In this document: in pieces, positions 25,112 to 39,471 of the stretch
Layout: each line of letters starts with the position of its first letter
Numbering within the stretch: the first letter of the stretch is position 1
Assembly (NCBI GenBank): GCA_951406725.2
Contig: OX597816.1
Location: 28,272,001 to 28,336,000, forward strand
From: Octopus vulgaris
Taxonomy: Eukaryota
Reading direction: 5' to 3'
DNA length: 64,000 nucleotides
Program-made: the position numbers and the translations under genes
Notes under the pieces: generated by a model
What the model was told of the DNA's origin: nothing
Database searches by the model: none
Seen by the model: only the letters and a program-made list of their open reading frames with translations

Positions 25112-25245
25112 TTATCACGTAGCAGTCTTGTAAAGAATGATGTTACTGTCATTTTAGCCCCAGGAAATCAGCTTTTCCAGCTGGCTGACGACACACAATC
25201 TGTGTTTGTATATAGCATTTGCAAGGGAGTTCATCGCTGCAATCT
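25112..25245 (+). repeat. Dispersed repeat, homolog of 27985-28112 (minus strand)
   Basis: Shared GTAAA.AATGATGTTACTGT.ATTTT.GCC.CAGGA.ATCA..TTTTCCAGCTGGCT.ACGACACACA.TCTGTGT...CAAGGGAG.TCATCGCTGC. Confidence 0.8.
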
Positions 25246-25261
25246 ATATATATGTATATAC

Positions 25262-26220
25262 ATGCACCTCGAGATGGACAGGTTCTCATCAGCCTGTGAC
25301 AACTTCGGTCTCACCATCAGTGCCAAGAAAACCGAAGTGATGTTTCAGCCAGCCCCCGGCAAACAATACCATGAGCCTCAGATAAGGGTGAACGGACGGA
25401 TCCTACGAGTGGTGGAAAACTTCACCTACCTGGGCAGCACTCTCTCCTGCAATGCCAACATAGATGCTGAAACTATCAACAGAATCTCCAAGGCAAGCAG
25501 CGCGTTTGGGAGACTGCGCAAGAAAGTCTGGGAGCGGAGAGGAATCAGCCTCAACACCAAGCTGAAAGTCTACCGGGCAGTCGTGCTTACCACCCTACTA
25601 TACGGCTGCGAGACGTGGACTGCTTACCGAAGGCACGAGCGCCAGATAAACCACTTCCATCTCAGGTGTCTTCGGAACCTCCTTCACATCCGCTGGCAGG
25701 ACAAAGTCCCAGACACGGAAAGTTCTGAAGCAGGCAGATCTCCCTAGCACCATCACAATCATGCGCAAGGCCCAGCTGAGATGGGCGGGCCACGTCTCCC
25801 GCATGTCCGACACTCGCATCCCAAAACAGCTCTTCTACGGTGAACTCGGCCAGGGCAGGCGCAAAGTCGGAGGGCAGAAGAAGCGCTACAAGGATAGTCT
25901 CAAGGTCTCTCTCAAAGACTTCTCCATCGGAACAGAGACCTGGGAGACACTTGCTGCCAACCGCTCATCCTGGCGCAGCGCAATCACCGTGGGAGCAGGG
26001 ACAGCCGAGGAGGGACGGATTCGGTCAGGGGAGCAGAAACGTCAGATGCGTAAAGCCAGAGCCGCCTGCACCAGTACCACGGCCCCTACCCACTTCTGCC
26101 CCACCTGTGGGAGGGGCTTCCTTGCCCGGATTGGCCTCACCAGCCACCTCCGGTCTCATGGCGGAAGTTCCATCAGATGATGTCAGTTGGTCATCTTCGA
26201 ACCGAAGGACGAACATAATA
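25262..26220 (+). mobile_element. 5'-truncated RTE-clade LINE (RT thumb region to C-terminal C2H2 finger), young, one frameshift
   Basis: MDRFSSACDNFGLTISAKKTEVM...FTYLGS...KASSAFGRL...LLYGCETW...LRWAGHVSRM...PKQLFYGEL..G.R..GGQKKRYKD...[21 protein letters not shown]. An extra A at 25719-25721 links the two ORFs. Stop at 26178-26180, short UTR, TAA tail. Confidence 0.95.
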
Positions 26221-26236
26221 ATATACATACAAACAT

Positions 26237-26306
<70 letters not shown>

Positions 26307-26584
26307 ATATGTGGGGGGGATATATTTATATATGTATGTGTATATATAAACATGTATATATATATGTATTTATATACTTTCATACATGTACAATACACAC
26401 ACACACCACATACATACCTGCATAGTTTTAGGTATCAATTTAACAGCTTCATCTCAGCATTCAAGGAAGCTATAAATAGAATTATGGTAGTTCTTGCTGA
26501 TTTTTCTGGTCATTTTGAAACACTGAGTTGGACCTGAGCAACAATTACAAAAGCAGTATATCTTTAGCAATAATAATAATAGTA

Positions 26585-26786
26585 ATCTTTTCTATAATAT
26601 GCGCGAGTACTGAAATTTGGGGGCGGAGACGAGTGGATTACGTGAACCTCAGTACTTGACTGGTACTTAATTTATCAACCCTAAATGGATGAAAGGGAAA
26701 GCCGATGACCGTGGAATTTGAGTTCAAGCCTTAAAGCCGGAATAAATGACACTAAGAGTTTTCTCTGACGAAGTAACAGTTCTGCA
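26585..26786 (-). mobile_element. SINE family B, degenerate, head interrupted by the family C insertion
   Basis: CTGGTACTTAATTTATCAACCCTAAATGGATGAAAGGGAAAGCCGA core. The head continues as AGCT after 27187. Confidence 0.75.
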
Positions 26787-27175
26787 GTGGAGGCGCAATG
26801 GCCCACATGGTTAGGGCAGCGAATTCGCGGTCATAGGATCGCGGTTCCGATTCCCAGACCGGGCGTTGTGAGTGTTTACTGCGCGAAAACACCTAAAAGC
26901 TCCACGAGGCTCCGGCAGGGGATGGTGGCGATCCCTGCTGTACTCTTTCACCACAACTTTCTCTCACTCTTACTTCCTGTTTCTGTTGTACCTGTATTTC
27001 AAGGAGCCGGCCTTGTCACTCTCTGTGTCACGCTGAATATCCCCGAGAACTACGTTAAGGGTGCACGTGTCTGTGGAGTGCTCAGCCACTTACACGTTAA
27101 TTTCACGAGCCGGCTGTTCCGTTGATTCGGATCAACCGGAACCCTCATCGTCGTAACCGACGGAGTGCTTAAGAG
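26787..27175 (+). mobile_element. tRNA-derived SINE family C (tail type 1) with a 12-bp TSD
   Basis: TSD AACAGTTCTGCA at 26775-26786 and 27176-27187. tRNA-like head GTGGAGGCGCAATGGCCCACATGGTTAGGGCAGC...GGTTCCGATTCCC. Confidence 0.9.
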
Positions 27176-27817
27176 AACAGTTCTGCAAGCTTTCTAGAAT
27201 AGGCACAAGCTCTGCACTGCCTTACCCTGAAGTTTGGAGGAGGTGATTAGTCTATCATGACGATTCCAGTGCTAAACTTCCGCACATTTTATCGACTCTC
27301 AAAAATCAAATATGGCCGTAAACAACCGAAAGAAATATTCCTAAGCCTTATACCTGACACGCCATTGATTTTGCAAGTTCTCCACCATAAGATTATAATA
27401 TGTATACGAAATATTCCTTTTTTTCATGTGCTTATGAATGTGTATTCGCTATATGTTAGCAGAAATATAATATATTTAAAAGAAACTAAATCCGCAAAAT
27501 ATTTTGGTGATAATTAAGACCTGTCTATTAAAAAAAAAATCTTGTGAAAAATCGCGCCACTGTTTCCTGAATTATTCTACATATAGCAAATGATCAATTT
27601 CGCGTGAGTGAAAGGATTCAACTTAATTTGTGACTCTGACATTGTCAGGATGAAGCTTTGGCTGCCAGCTCATTTAGACTTAATTACGTGCAAATCACAC
27701 CGGATCTGCATCATTATTAATCTCGAAGAGAATTAATTAAAAAGGAAATACACAACCGGATTACTGATTTGCTACTCATTCTCTATTATTGAATTATATT
27801 TATATTACAGCTGCTGC

Positions 27818-28149
27818 TCTTCTTCTTTTTCTTCTTCTTCTTCTTCTTCTTCTTCTTCTTCTTCTTCTTCTTCTTCTTCTTCTTCTTCTTCTTCTTCTCA
27901 TTATTATTATTATTATTATTATTATTTGGCGGTGAGCCACTGCTCGGAATCGTAGTCGGAATCTTGGGGTTAGTAGTATATATATAGTTGGCAGCGATGA
28001 CCTCCCTTGGAAATGCTTACGGACACAGACTGTGTGTCGTTAGCCAGCTGGAAAATATGATATCCTGCGGCCAAAATAACAGTAACATCATTATTTACCA
28101 GACAGCTGCTGGTAATAATAATAATAATAATAATTATTATTATTATTAA

Positions 28150-28198
<49 letters not shown>

Positions 28199-28220
28199 GT
28201 TGTTGTTGTTGTTGTTATTG

Positions 28221-28293
<73 letters not shown>

Positions 28294-28315
28294 CATCATC
28301 GATATTATTATTATT
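27818..28315. repeat. (CTT)n, (TAT)n and (TGT)n microsatellite cluster
   Basis: Direct reading; interrupted by unique or repeat sequence at 27927-28112. Confidence 0.9.
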
Positions 28316-28854
28316 GAGTGAGATAGCAGTGCATGCTATCAATATGACACTGGGGTAAAATATAGGAAGCGCAGTGTAACCGTCGTTACTACCCGTCAGG
28401 TAATGATGCACCAGGCACATGCATCACATCCATATGTGTGCGACATGGTCATCTCATACCAAGATAAACAGCACATGACCTTGTAGGTGGGTCCCAGTTA
28501 GAATTTTCTTCTGGTCGAGTAGCCTATCCCGCTCAAAAGGTCCCTGAATAAGGATTGTTTAAGGGTGATGAACGAACCGCCTATGTTTCCAAAGATGAAT
28601 AATCCAAACCACTAAGACTTCCTTTCAACATACGGCTATGATGGTCACCCACTACTTCTGCTTGTGATCGTCAGCCACCAAGGGACATGCTCAACTGGTT
28701 AAGGCCAAGCAACTGACAAGCAAATCCGTGGTATTGAGCAGAATATTTGCTGTAGTCCATCTTTTATACCAAGACAAAATAATTTACGTGATAACACTTC
28801 CAATCAGTTAAGATCAGCAGCCAGGAGAGCCACTGCCTGGTACTGCATCAGGGC

Positions 28855-28858
<4 letters not shown>
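28316..28858. mobile_element. ~540-bp non-coding element embedded in (TAA)n/(TTA)n, unclassified
   Basis: Balanced-composition sequence sharply bounded by (TAT)n arrays on both sides. No ORF with recognisable homology. Confidence 0.45.
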
Positions 28859-28936
<78 letters not shown>

Positions 28937-29984
28937 TGCAGTAGTAGTAATAATGATAGTTGTAGTAGTAGTAGTGGTGATGCTAATTGTACAAGTAGAA
29001 AGAAAGCCGAAACAGAAGTGAATAGACTTAATCTTATGTGCTCAGTTATGCTTGCTTGGTTTAGAATGTTGCTTGGTCTCGGAGAGACTATGAAGGTAAC
29101 GGATACAACCTTTTCTTCTATAATAACCCAATACAAAATATTTACATAACATCGCACAGTACTTTGAGTAAGAGATTTCTATTACAGCCTATAGTTGGAC
29201 GAAATCCCTTTGGATTGAAGTTCCTTTGAGAACATCAGTGTGTGGTACCGCGGAAGGCATCGTTCCTTTTCTTGTATAGTATATTTAATCTAATTGGAAC
29301 CAATCTGGACAACCTAGGTTCTTTCTCATCGAATTCTCATCACGTCTTACATTTTTGGGGTTGGACATATGTGATGATAATGGTTTATGATGCACAGCTC
29401 CTTATAGTGAGGAATGTTGTTTACACCAGTAAAGTCTTTCATAATTGCTCTTTGATCATCGCTTGGCCTGGGCTAAGTACTAATAACATGACAGTCATTC
29501 GATTTCGTTTCCCGATATGACATGTTCGACTTAAAACTAGTAAAAATGTCAATTAGAAATGTATAATTATGAAATAAGATTTCGTAATAACGAAATTACT
29601 AGCCAAATTATCTCGGCAATATAATATTTTTAACGGCAAATGTTGCTAATTATCAGACTTGCATGCTTCAATGGTAACTCTTTTGTTTTTATAGTTTTAT
29701 TATCGATTGACGTGTGCCAGGCCTCTAGGCAGATAAAGAGACACCATGTCAATCTGAAAAAAAAGTCATCTATTAGCTATTTACTGGAATGCAGTTTTAT
29801 AAACATTGTGATAACATTTTCTAAATTGAGTTTAAAAAAATAAGAGATAAATGCTCATTCATTTGTGGCACACAATGTTGATTTATTTTATATGGGCACA
29901 CACACGCATGCACGCGCACACACAAATAGGTACACTCACACACACACACACACACATATATGTATATATATATATATATATATA

Positions 29985-30135
29985 GGGCGAGTTTACGAAA
30001 GAAACAAAACAAAATACGAAGACAGGTGGTGTACAAAACAAACGGTCAGGAATAGAAAAAAGTATTTTACGTTTCGAACCTACGTTCTTCTACAGAAAAA
30101 ACAAGGAGAGAAAAAAAAAAGGAGAGAAAAAATAT
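29985..30135 (-). mobile_element. PLE-like 3' fragment (HHR family A6U)
   Basis: Reverse strand: tttt-CTGTAGA-A-GAAC-gtag-GTTC-GAAA-CG-TA-aaat (30065-30099), with tail CACCACCTGTCTTCG. Confidence 0.7.
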
Positions 30136-30481
30136 ATATAAGAATTTTTTGCTTAATAAGATAAAAAACCAAGGCTGTGTAGATATAGACCATTTATAGA
30201 TAGAAGGTCGTACAGCTGGAGACAGTGCGAGAGGATAGATAAGTCATAGTTAGTTAAGATATGATACAAAATGGAGAGTGAGGTGGAGGAAAGAAAATAG
30301 ATACAATATATGTATGGCTGTTGAAGTTGTAAATCCATTTTTTAGGCATAATATTATATATGCAATATTCCAATATCCTATGGGTAACGTCCAAAAGTCC
30401 AACAGAGTTTAAATTGAGTCCATCCAAATATAGAGTTTATAAACAATGTAAGATACCCTTATGAGTGAGATCCATATATGA

Positions 30482-30536
<55 letters not shown>

Positions 30537-30664
30537 TAATAAATCTTAGGGAATGAATCCAAAATTACAGGGAAAAATCAGATTTAGGGTTAAATCCAAT
30601 TTTATAGTAAAATATTATATAATATAATTCGAGACAATTTGATACTGATTAGAAGATCGAAAAT

Positions 30665-30708
30665 CCACCTGAAGATTGTCGGTAGCAGACATGAAACATT
30701 TGTAGTGG
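30665..30708 (+). ncRNA. Type I HHR motif, canonical core
   Basis: ccac-CTGAAGA-T-tgtc-ggtagca-gaca-T-GAAA-catttg-TA-gtgg, with a GUA site after 30704. It lies between short inverted repeats (30617-30637 / 30782-30805) inside (TA)n. Confidence 0.7.
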
Positions 30709-30797
30709 CGGTTTATTTAATTTATATTAAAATTTTATGTATTGATTAAGTCTTTCCTTGTTTGGTTTTAAAATAGTGGTTTTGTCTCGAATTATAT

Positions 30798-30880
<83 letters not shown>

Positions 30881-31086
30881 CATTTATGTATGTATATATA
30901 CACGCACAAATATATATACTATCTGAATGACCCGGTGTTTCCGGGTGTGAGTGAATATAACTGTACACTTACAGCTGTGGATCCCCACAGTAGAAAAACC
31001 TGTAAGAGTAGAGCTATATTCACTCATTTATTTTTATGAATGTATTTATGAGTACGATTACAATTAATAAATAGATCTAGTTGCCT

Positions 31087-31207
<121 letters not shown>

Positions 31208-32196
31208 GTATATGTATATGTATGAAGGACGGAAATACAGTAGGAACCCCCCGAAATAGCGAGTACTTTGATATATTTGTTCAGCATCGGATTACAAATA
31301 CTACCTTGTCAATCTCAACGTCAAAAATCTAGGGAACCTTAAGATTAGTCCTTGGAAAAATTTAGTTGCTGGCTCATTCGTTTACTAATGGAGGCATCAA
31401 ATAAAAAGAGATAGTTGAAAGTAGCACCTCCAAATATTAAGTAAGTGAAAGTTTGCTGCGAAGAACTCTATCGTAAATAATGATTACTCTTTGAACTCAA
31501 AATATCCTCTGCTGCATACACGCAACTTATTCTCACAATACCACAAATACTAAAATTATTCTCTATTGTTCCACATGTATAGAAATTTTGAACAATTCGC
31601 CGATAGATTTGAGCTATGGCCTTCCTTTAGACATAAATCAGTCATGGTTTACATAGTGAGAAATGAAGCCAAAATATCTAAACTTTTTTGCTATAAAATA
31701 AATACAAACTCTATATTTATGCTGCTCTTTAATGTCAAGATAGTTTAATCTTCTTAGATAAAACACTTTCCAGAAATGATCATACTCTGTTTTGTTCAGT
31801 TAGAGTGCACCCAGAATTACGTTATCCGATATATCATCTTACTATTTCGAGACAATAACTGTAAGATTTATGATACTGTCGGAACGGCGAGTGATTTAGA
31901 AGAGCCTAACTTATTGGTTCATATAAATTATATTTGGTTTCATTGATATTTAGCACCTTCACAGTTCTCTGGAAACAAACATATTCAAAATAATTCCAAT
32001 TATGACCATCACAATTTATTACTAAATATCGTACGACCAGGATTACATTACACACTGCAATCGACCATTTGGAAGGGTGAAAGTGCCTTAAGGAATATTT
32101 CGCGGTCATTTATAAGCAAAAGATTAAGCAACAGCCTTCTCAATCGGATCATTTAGTGTACTTTCCCGATACGTCCGTGCTGTAATGTCATACTCT

Positions 32197-32440
32197 CTCT
32201 TTACTCTTTTACTCTTTTACTTGTTTCACTCATTTGACTGCGGCCATACTGGAGCACCGCCTTTAATCGAGCAACTCGACCCCGGACTTATTCCTTTGTA
32301 AGTCCAGTACTTATTCTATCGGCCTCTTTTGCCGAACCGCTAAGAGATGGGGACGTAAATACACCAGCATCGGTTGTCAAGCAATGCTGGGGGAACAAAC
32401 ACAGACACACAAACACACATACACACACACACACACACAG

Positions 32441-32483
<43 letters not shown>

Positions 32484-32647
32484 CATATATACGACAGGCT
32501 TCTTTCAGTTTCCGTCTACCAAATCCACTCACAAGGCATTGGTCGGCCCGGTGCTATACCAGAAGACACCTGCCCAAGATGCCACGCAGTGGGACTGAAC
32601 CCGGAACCATGTGGTTGGTTAGCAAGCTACTTACTACACAGCCACTC
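32197..32647 (-). mobile_element. SINE family A
   Basis: Near-identical to 912-1324, with an expanded internal (CA)n(TA)n tract. Confidence 0.9.
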
Positions 32648-33384
32648 TGTATCTATATTTAAGGCCGACACGGTTGAGTGAAAGTGGCTAATGGCAAACC
32701 CATACTATGAGAGGGTCTCTAAATTTAATTCCTCCGGTGATAGGATGGACAAGGAATTGCTTGTATGTAATCATGAACTTTTGTTAGATCTCTGTTACTG
32801 CCAGGGCTTGTGGATGTTATTCTAGTCGCGGTTTTTTCATTTACTTTACCTTTTCTTGTTTGAATTGTATTGTTTGTATAGAAGTAAAGTGGGAAACCTG
32901 AAATTTGGGAACATTTTCTCACGTATAAGTCAAGGCAAGTTACTCAAACGTTAAAGGCGTTATGTTTCAGTGTACGTGGATATTGAGAGTCAAACATTTT
33001 TATAGTGTGTAGCTGAACAGATAAGGATTGATTGTATGTGCGTAGGCATAAAAAATATTGTACACAAAGTCTGTGAAGTGTGTGAAACTATTTGACATGT
33101 CACACAGTCTGAGCGCCTATGAGTAGTTATTGGTAAATGAAAATTATTCAGTGGTGGTCTGTACTTTTATGAATATATTTTCTTTGTTTAATCGAGTTTG
33201 AACATTTTTGAACTTTGTTTTTTCTTACATTATTCTCTCTTAATCCACACGTTGTTACTTTGCCTCTCTCTCTCCCTTTCTTTTCCTTTTCGTTTTCTCT
33301 TCTTCTTTTCTTCCCGTTTCTTATCGTATTTATTTTTCTTCTCATCCTGCCAGTCAAGTTCAAAAGATTTTGTTCTCCCTCTGT

Positions 33385-33550
33385 TTTTTTTTTTATATTC
33401 TCTCCCCACTTATCTCTTCGTGTTCCTTTGTGTTGAAGACCGTAGGCTCGAAACGTAAAAGATTGTCTCGCCTTGCCGAGCGCCAAACTAATGCACCTGC
33501 TTGATATTTATACACCTATCTTCGTCTTTTATTTTCTGATATATTCTGAT
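33385..33550 (+). mobile_element. PLE-like 3' fragment (HHR family A6U)
   Basis: cttt-GTGTTGA-A-GACC-gtag-GCTC-GAAA-CG-TA-aaag plus the family tail. Confidence 0.65.
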
Positions 33551-33604
33551 GTGTAAATATGTATATATACATAAATATGTGTATATATATATGTATATAT
33601 TTAC

Positions 33605-33659
<55 letters not shown>

Positions 33660-33660
33660 C

Positions 33661-34242
<582 letters not shown>

Positions 34243-34279
34243 TTGTATGATACAGCAGCATTTTCGAACTTCATTTTTT

Positions 34280-34334
<55 letters not shown>

Positions 34335-36956
34335 AAAGTATGTATGTACACACAGTGCGGGTTTTACGTCTTGGACATCGTTCACATCCTTTCACCGGAA
34401 AATGAGGACATTCGAATATTTGTAGGTAATCCTACCAGGGTCTTGTTTTCTTTTCGGAGTGAATGCTTGCACAGTGTTTCATTCTTGTAACTGTTTCAGC
34501 AACCCGTGTAAGCCACTTTGTCCTTAGCCCTTAATAGCGAGTCAGACTTTATTTAGACGATTTCCTTTCAGATTTTATCTCTACCAACTTCCACTCTTAT
34601 GCTTCTGGTCAACTCGAGGCGAAAAGGTCACGTACTTTCACCTGCTGTCCGGCAAAGGAATCTGACCTAAGACCAAGTGGTTCCGACGAATATTCCTTAA
34701 CCCCAGGGAAACAGTTGTGTCAATAATTTTCCGGTCCATTTTTATGGAAATTGGAAACATGATTTACAACGAATATCAATGGAATTGGGAATCATGAGAT
34801 GAGGAGTGACCAAAAAGCCAAAAAAAAAACAAAAATAAAACACAACAAAATCGACAAAAGGAAAAAAAAACAAACAAATCAAACGAAAACATATACAATA
34901 ACTTTCTTATGCTCTCAGTATTCTACATCATCATTACCCAGGATATCACATTTCAGTTTAAAAGATATTTAATTGAAATGGTAGTCTTAAGCAAATGCAT
35001 TTCAGTTTAGAAAATTTTCAATTTGTTTTTGGCGCTCCTATGGATATCACATATTCCTGTCTTTATTTTGTTTCCATATCATCTGCCATAATGATTTTGT
35101 TTCTCTCTCTCTCTCCCCTCTCTCTCTCTCTTTATTTTTTTTTCTTGCCTGTGAAGATTTCCATAGATTCTGTGCTGCAAAAATACTTTATCTCTAACAT
35201 TAACACAATCAAGTGAAATGTCAGTTGTCATTGTGTCTAATATTGTAAAATATCATAATGCAGAAGCCCAATGGGAGTGAACGTAAAGTATATTCTCAGA
35301 GGGACACAGCGAGAGTGAGTGTAGCACATGAAATGAAGGTTGTATGAAAATGTCAGTGTAAAGCCAAAATTGAAACGGAAAGTGAGATACCTGTTCTATT
35401 GGCTATTTAGATATGATGTAGTTTGAGTATCCATGGAAATTGCAAAACTTTCTGAGATAGTGTCAGATGGTATTTTTTTTTTAAATATGTGTATGCAACA
35501 AAATAAATTATGATTAATATGAAAGACGTTATGAGTTATTTCCAGTGGCTACTATCAGAGTAATGCTCAGAAGATATGGTGCACATGAAATTATAGTTGT
35601 TTACGTTTAATGAACACAATCATATTCATATTTTATCATCTACGTCATTCATATTTCCATTATCAAAATGCTTGCCATTCGTCGTTTGAAATATTTTCTC
35701 ACAATTGTTTGTTTTAGTATTATTTTGCAAATCCACCTTGGCTATGAATGTGGTAAATTTTCCCTGTTAAATTGCCCATGTCTGTTGGGAGACGAGAAAG
35801 GAATACTATTTTGTTGAACAAGTACGTTATAGATTTCCTCGCTTCCAAATCAAAATTCAGATTAATATTTTGCTTCAAAACATGTTAATAGAAATATGAA
35901 AAACTTAACGTTTATGAATAATCTTTCCTACGTATTCATTACTGCTAATAATTACTACTTTTTGTTTTTCATTTTTCATTTTCTCTCCGCGTACGATATT
36001 ATAATAAATGAAAAGTTTATAATTTATCGAGTATGCCATTCATTATACATTCCACATCGTACACGATATACATACGTGTGTGTTTGCGTGTGTATATGCA
36101 TGTGTGTGTATATGTGTGTATGTGTGTGTATGTGTGTGTGTGTGTGTGTTTTTGTGTGTGATGCATACACATATATTTATACAGGACAAGCTACTTCAAA
36201 GTTTGCATGTAGAAAATTTTTTCCCATTCCAATGTATTGCTCAACTAGCGTGGCAGCGAAACTGCAAATTGGAAATAATGGAAGCGAAATTCCTAACCAT
36301 ATCTGAATTGATATATATTTGTTATATGTTTACGGATTGTAGTTACCAAAAAGCAACTTTTCACAGATTGTGATTCTAATGAAACTTTTAGGGAAGTGGC
36401 TGCAAATTTCACATTGGTAGACTAAAACTTTTCACTCTAGTAAATGCCATAATGCTAGAACATAAAATAGGAATGTGACAAATGATTGTATTTTGACTTG
36501 GAGCAATATCTAACATTGACGTTCCATATGATACCACATCAAGAATGTGGAAATATCATATTTTGAGAACAAAGAATGATACTTACAAGTCGATAGTGCA
36601 TCAAGCACCGGACTTATAGCAGCCATACAAGTGTGACGTTCATCGTATCGTTGACAAGCAATGCCAATATCCGGAATGTAAATATCCACGCTTGCATTAT
36701 ACAATAAACACAGTCCTCTATTTCCTAAGATATTGGGTTCTACCTCTTCCGCCATCACAAGCAGACTCTCTCTCTCATATATATATATATACAATCTAAA
36801 AATAGGATAAAATCCTTATAAGAATTTATCAAGTAGACAGCGTGAAAAATCTCATAAGAGAAAACTTATTAATCATTCCCTTTAAATTGTTTTGACTTTA
36901 AGAATCCCTCGTATCGTGAGGCATTTATGTATAGTAATGCTCTATATGTATACATA

Positions 36957-37014
<58 letters not shown>

Positions 37015-38427
37015 CAAAATGTCACCGCTTGTGTACCGTTATATATATAAGTGGATAGCCAAACAGGAAGAGGGAGAGAGAGAAGAGAGAGAAAATGCAG
37101 GTCATATATGTTAAGTTTTTGTTATGTATAATGCATGGCTAACAATAACATGAATTTTTACAGTTCAAAAAGGATAACTATCTCACTGAATGTATGGCCG
37201 TGGGACTAACAACAACATAATCCTCCTCCTTCTCATGCTTGTCTATCATGAACCTCAACTACAACAATCTAGAGACATTATTATCACGAATCCTAAAATT
37301 ATATTGTTATATTTCCGGGTTCCATGGACTGAAAGTTACACCTGACTTGAATGGGGCAACGTGATATGAAGCACTTTCCTTAAGAACATATCGTACTGCC
37401 CGGCTCTGGTAGCGAAACCACGATTTCGCGATCATAAATGCAACGGGCCACCCACCTTCACTGCTGAACTGACAGCGGTCCGGCTGTAAGTAGGTGCGTT
37501 ATATAAGTAGAATGTACATTGTTTCAGAAATCATAGATTCTCCCGAGATTGATAAAGAGATAGGCAGATAGGCACAATGAGTTTCTGTACCGTTTTTGCA
37601 GCCAAATTTTATTTATAAATTAAAATAAATCATTTTATCAATTGTATACGATTTCTTGAATTATTCTTTTCCTTTTAGCGGTCCAATTCCTCCTGAAACA
37701 TTAATCATTGCAATTACTTATTTTCTAAAATGATCCTATGCAATGCATTAAAAAATTATAAAATTTCTATAAATGTCACTCTACTTCAGCAGATCCTAGC
37801 TGAGATCATTATTGACTTCTCTGTGTGCGGCATTGCTAATGTGTTGCATCTAACGTTTGGCACTGTGGTAATCCTATTAAATGATTGTCAGCCATAACGA
37901 TGATATTCTCTGAGTAGCCACTCTAAGTAAACCGTCTTCCGCAGTCATTAAGAGCAGACATTAGGTTTCACTGTCGAAATCGACACGACAACCTACAATC
38001 AAACTGAAAATATCTACGAAATTGTAATTTCTAGATATTTTATATTTTACATAGTTACGCCTTATCAGACATTAAATTGAGTGAATGTGAAACCATGCGA
38101 CGGACTTGTGTTTGTGAGGAGTGTTAAATATTTTAGTCATGCAAGATCAATAGCAAAAGAGAATAGCAGCGACTAGTGAAAACATTTATTTCATTCGAGG
38201 ATACTTTATATTGAATGATCAATATATAGCATAGAATAAAAGCAATTAGTATAAAATACACTGAACAATAACGTTAAATATAAAATACTAAGCAAATGCA
38301 TCTTTGAAATTCAATAATGCCAACGACTGCCTAATGTAAACTATGCTTTCCTTTAGTATTGTGACAGACCTCAATTTTACACCAGTCTGTCTGTGTGTCT
38401 ATGTATGTATGTATGTATGTTTGTTTG

Positions 38428-38461
<34 letters not shown>

Positions 38462-38463
38462 CA

Positions 38464-38519
<56 letters not shown>

Positions 38520-39254
38520 TAATGTTTATTGCAATTTAAACATGACCGTTACGTCGGAACCGACATTACTGATATTTTTAACCCCAGCAAGACTCCCCTT
38601 CGAGCTGGTTATTCGATGCAACCTACACTCGGCATATATTACAAACAGGGGAGTTAACCCCTACCATCTTTCAACCAAGTGACCACCAGCCCGTACGTGT
38701 TCGTACGGGCTCTTTGTGGTGATACCTCTTTGTGTTGATACTCGATGTTAGATGCTCGTCGGCCAGAGATGGCAATAGTTCACTTCAGCTCGCAATAGAG
38801 AGAAATTCAATGACGCAGTTTCTGATCTTGCAACAAGCAAATTAGCTAGTTAAAAAATTTCTATAAGACATATAGATGTGTACTCATATATTTTTTGTTT
38901 ATTGTATATTTTATGTCTCTTCATATTTTTCTTATTTATTCTCTTCTTTGATTTAGTACTAGAAAAATATTGACAAGTGTCTGCAACATCGCAACGGAAT
39001 CTGTTATTCGTGCTCATCTGCTTAAATCTACGGTCCCTAACATGTATTAACACCGAGCGAAACGGTTTATTTAACTAGATATCCCTCACAGCATCACCTG
39101 GCGAGAAACTTCTTCACCCAGGGATGTACCACAACCACTTGTACTGTATCTTTCCCGTGAGGGATCGATAGGCTAGGTCGAATCGATCGTTGTAAACAGG
39201 AAAGCTTTTCGTATACGTTCTATTTCCCGTCTTTATCATTTATCTTATATATAT

Positions 39255-39428
39255 GCGCAGGAGTGGCTGTGTGGTAAGTAGCTTGGTTACAAACCACATG
39301 GTTCCGGGTTCAATCCGACTGCGTGGCACTTTGGGCAAGTGTCTTCTACTTTAGCCTCGGACCGATCAAAGCCTTGTGAGTGGATTTGGTAGACGGAAAC
39401 TGAAAGAAGCCCGTCGTATACGTATACC

Positions 39429-39471
<43 letters not shown>

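Noticed and set aside
25043-25261. N-terminal extension of the 234-aa ORF as part of the LINE protein
   Set aside because: It is chance read-through from an unrelated dispersed repeat (25112-25245) and TA-rich sequence; RTE homology begins at ~25262.
25256-26228. ATATACAT as an 8-bp TSD of the RTE element
   Set aside because: It is low complexity in a TA-rich context and overlaps the apparent first codon, so it cannot be distinguished from chance.
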